Source: Elsinoe ampelina
Lineage: Eukaryota
NCBI GenBank assembly: GCA_010093995.1
Contig: ML992509.1
Location: forward strand, 480,178 to 544,177
Length of the DNA: 64,000 nt
Direction of reading: 5' to 3'
The notes beneath the pieces are model-generated. The model searched no databases and was not told where the DNA came from. It saw nothing but the letters and a program-made list of their open reading frames with translations. Positions within the stretch are counted from its first letter, which is position 1. Every line of letters starts with the position of its first letter. The position numbers and the translations under genes were made by a program. Shown one piece after another: positions 61,719 through 64,000 of this stretch.

Positions 61719-63140
61719 ATGTCATCCAACACGATCATACCTTCGTCTATGAAGGCCCTAGTGTGCGTCATGTTGCTCTCCACCGAGTCCTTCCTCATTC
61801 TGCTGCAGCTACTCGAAGCCTGAGCATTTCGAGGTTAAGCCAATACCCGTCCCTGAGCTCAAAGACGATGAAGTACTGGTCAGTGACGGGCTTTACGATT
61901 AACGGAATCTCGAATCTGAATGGCAGACTTAGGTCAAGATTGCTGCTTGTGGCGTCTGTGGAACAGTACGTGCCACGCCCAACTGGGCAAGACAATGCTG
62001 ATGGCGACAGGACTTTCACTACCACAAGGGAGAGTTCATGGCAAAGGTGTGTCCACATGGATTATACGTTACGTCACAGCACTTACACTTGACAGTATCC
62101 TCTCATACCAGGTAGGGATCACAACCCTTGCATCACCCTCCTATGCCGATGTTAGTCTCCAGGTCACGAAGCTGCCGGCACAGTGGTCGCATTGGGATCA
62201 AGCGTCAAGTCCTTCCAGATTGGAGATCGTGTAGCGGCTGATCCCATGCATCCTTGTGGCTCCTGCTTTCACTGCCAACGCACCCAGCCTTTGATGTGTG
62301 AGAACCTCACTGGCTACGGCGGGAACGGTATTCGCTTCCTCCTTCTCCCCTGGCCTTCATCTGACCTTTACTAGCACCTGGTGGATTCGCCGAGTACTGC
62401 GCCTATCCCTCACACCTCCTACACAACATCGGCGACATCCCCTTTCGTCAAGCCATCCTCATCGAGCCCGCCGCCTGCGCCCTCCACGGCATGGAACGCA
62501 TGTCCCCACGACCAGGCAGCCGTGCTCTTCTCTTCGGCTGTGGTCCCACAGGCATCCTCCTCGCTCAACTCATGCGCATGAACGGCGTCGCTCACGTACG
62601 CTCCCTTCCCCACATTCCCCATGGAAGCACCATCTAATCCCTGGCCCTCAGTTGACTATCGCCTCCCTCCCCGGCCCCAAACTCGACATGGCACGCGAAC
62701 TCGCCATCGCAGACGACTTCGTCCCCATCTCCCCCGCCGACGTCCGAGAAGCAATGGCCTCCCTTCTCGCCGCCAACCCGTACGGCTTCGACATCGTCGT
62801 CGAAGCTACCGGCTCTGTCGCCGTGCTGGAACAATCCATCCTTTTCGTTCGCAAAGCGGGCACGTTAGTCGTGTACGGCGTATACGATGAGAAGGCTAAA
62901 GTAGGCTGGAGTCCGAGTAGACTGTGGACATATGAGATCACGGTGCTGGCGAGTTTCTGCTCGACGAGGAAGTTTCCCGAGGTGTTGGAGTATGTGAAGG
63001 CGGGGAGGCTGAAGTTGGATGGGATCGTGACGGATACGTTTAGGTTGGAGGAATGGGGTGAGGTTCTAGGGAAGGTGGAGAGGCAGGAGGTCGTGAAGGG
63101 GGCTATAGTATTTGAGCGACCTGACCCGAAGCAGGCCTAG
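61719..63140 (+). CDS. Zn-dependent medium-chain alcohol/polyol dehydrogenase (D-arabinitol dehydrogenase-like); about 7 introns
   Basis: Spliced motifs MKALVY, CGVCGTD, PGHE, GDRV, structural-Zn CGSCFHC..C, GGFAEY, IEPAACALHG, FGCGPTG, FDIVVEATG. Confidence 0.9.
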
Positions 63141-63185
63141 GAGAGATCCTTGTCTCAATGTGTATCACAGTCTGTCCATGAGGAT

Positions 63186-64000
63186 CTAAGACTCTCTCTT
63201 CACCTCCTCGACTCTAGTCTCTCCCATGTCCTTCTCGTCAAATAGCCCCGTGTTGAGCTTGACATCCATCATCGCCTCATCGTGGATCGTGCTCACATAG
63301 GCATGGAACTTCCTCGCTCCGACGCGGTGCATGAACATCTCGTCGATCTCTTCGAGGGTGCGGCCCTTCATCTCCGGGATGAAGAAGAAGAAGAAAATGA
63401 CGCAGGCAAAGTTGGACCCTGCCCAGATGTAGCCGTATTGTGAGCCCTGAGGAGTGATCAGTGGTGCTTCAACGAGAGGGGTACACGTCCTACCCAGTTC
63501 AAATTCGCCGTGTTGATAAAGTACGGCGAGCAAAAGCTCGTCAACCACGCAAGCAAGTACCCAATCGCCGTCGCCGTCCCGACAGTCCAAGACCTCAGCC
63601 TCGTATTCACCACCTCTGTAGCAATCGGATACGACGCCGCGCCGACACAAGCACTGTCATCCGATCAGCAACCCCCCCATCCTCACCAGCTCAATACCAA
63701 CTCACCAATAAGCACACATGAACAAGCTCGAAAACGCAATGAGACAATTCCTCGCGCCCACCGTCCCCTCCGCCACAGTCCCACTCACCGCGACGGCCAA
63801 CATACACAACCCACAAACCGTCGCGCCAACCATACAAATGACCCTCCTACCACACCAAAACCTCATGGCCACCATGCCGAAATTCACCCCGACAAACCCA
63901 AAACAACTCTGCATGACACTAAACTTGAACGCCTCATCCACGCTCAGCCCGGACACGATGAGGAAATACGTACTGTACGCGATGAAGAACCAACTCCCGC
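63186..64000 (-). CDS. MFS sugar porter (3' part; gene continues beyond the window); introns about 63448-63494 and 63654-63705
   Basis: GRRVIC, YPIATEVVNTRLR, YGYIWAGSN and PEMKGRTLEEIDEMF sugar-porter motifs. Confidence 0.9.

Overview
Filamentous ascomycete (Pezizomycotina) genomic DNA with a sharp two-compartment structure. Evidence for this: short GT-AG introns with CTAAC/CTGAC branch sites, and AT-rich repeat blocks saturated with TpA that look like products of repeat-induced point mutation (RIP). Block 1 (1-~12600) is a three-level nest: a minus-strand Ty1/copia relic, interrupted by a hAT transposon (285-9528, exact 8-bp TSD GCTTTAAC), which is itself interrupted by a Ty3/gypsy chromovirus (526-7979, 173-bp LTRs). 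Block 2 (48361-58374) is a Pogo/Fot1-type DNA transposon with perfect, unmutated 42-bp TIRs and a TA TSD, carrying a second chromovirus (49044-56335, 198-bp LTRs). The GC-balanced regions hold 20 genes: an MFS efflux pump, dynamitin, a Cys-motif regulator, MIM2, eIF2-beta, a two-RRM Nop13-like protein, IEC3, a PNPOx-like protein, a DH-PH-CNH RhoGEF, a BVMO/FMO, a secreted Cys/Thr-rich protein, an M28 aminopeptidase, IPK1, an SH3 protein, an SDR, a PTH11-like receptor, a small hydrophilin missed by the ORF track, a TF-like protein, a Zn-dependent dehydrogenase and a partial sugar porter. The two most unusual observations are (i) both gypsy elements appear to carry an antisense, intron-containing, Cys-motif accessory gene between pol and the 3' LTR, and (ii) recurring C-rich-then-G-rich skew-inversion islands that cross exons, introns and UTRs. 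Motifs in RIP relics were read by eye, allowing C>T and G>A reversal. No database searches were run.
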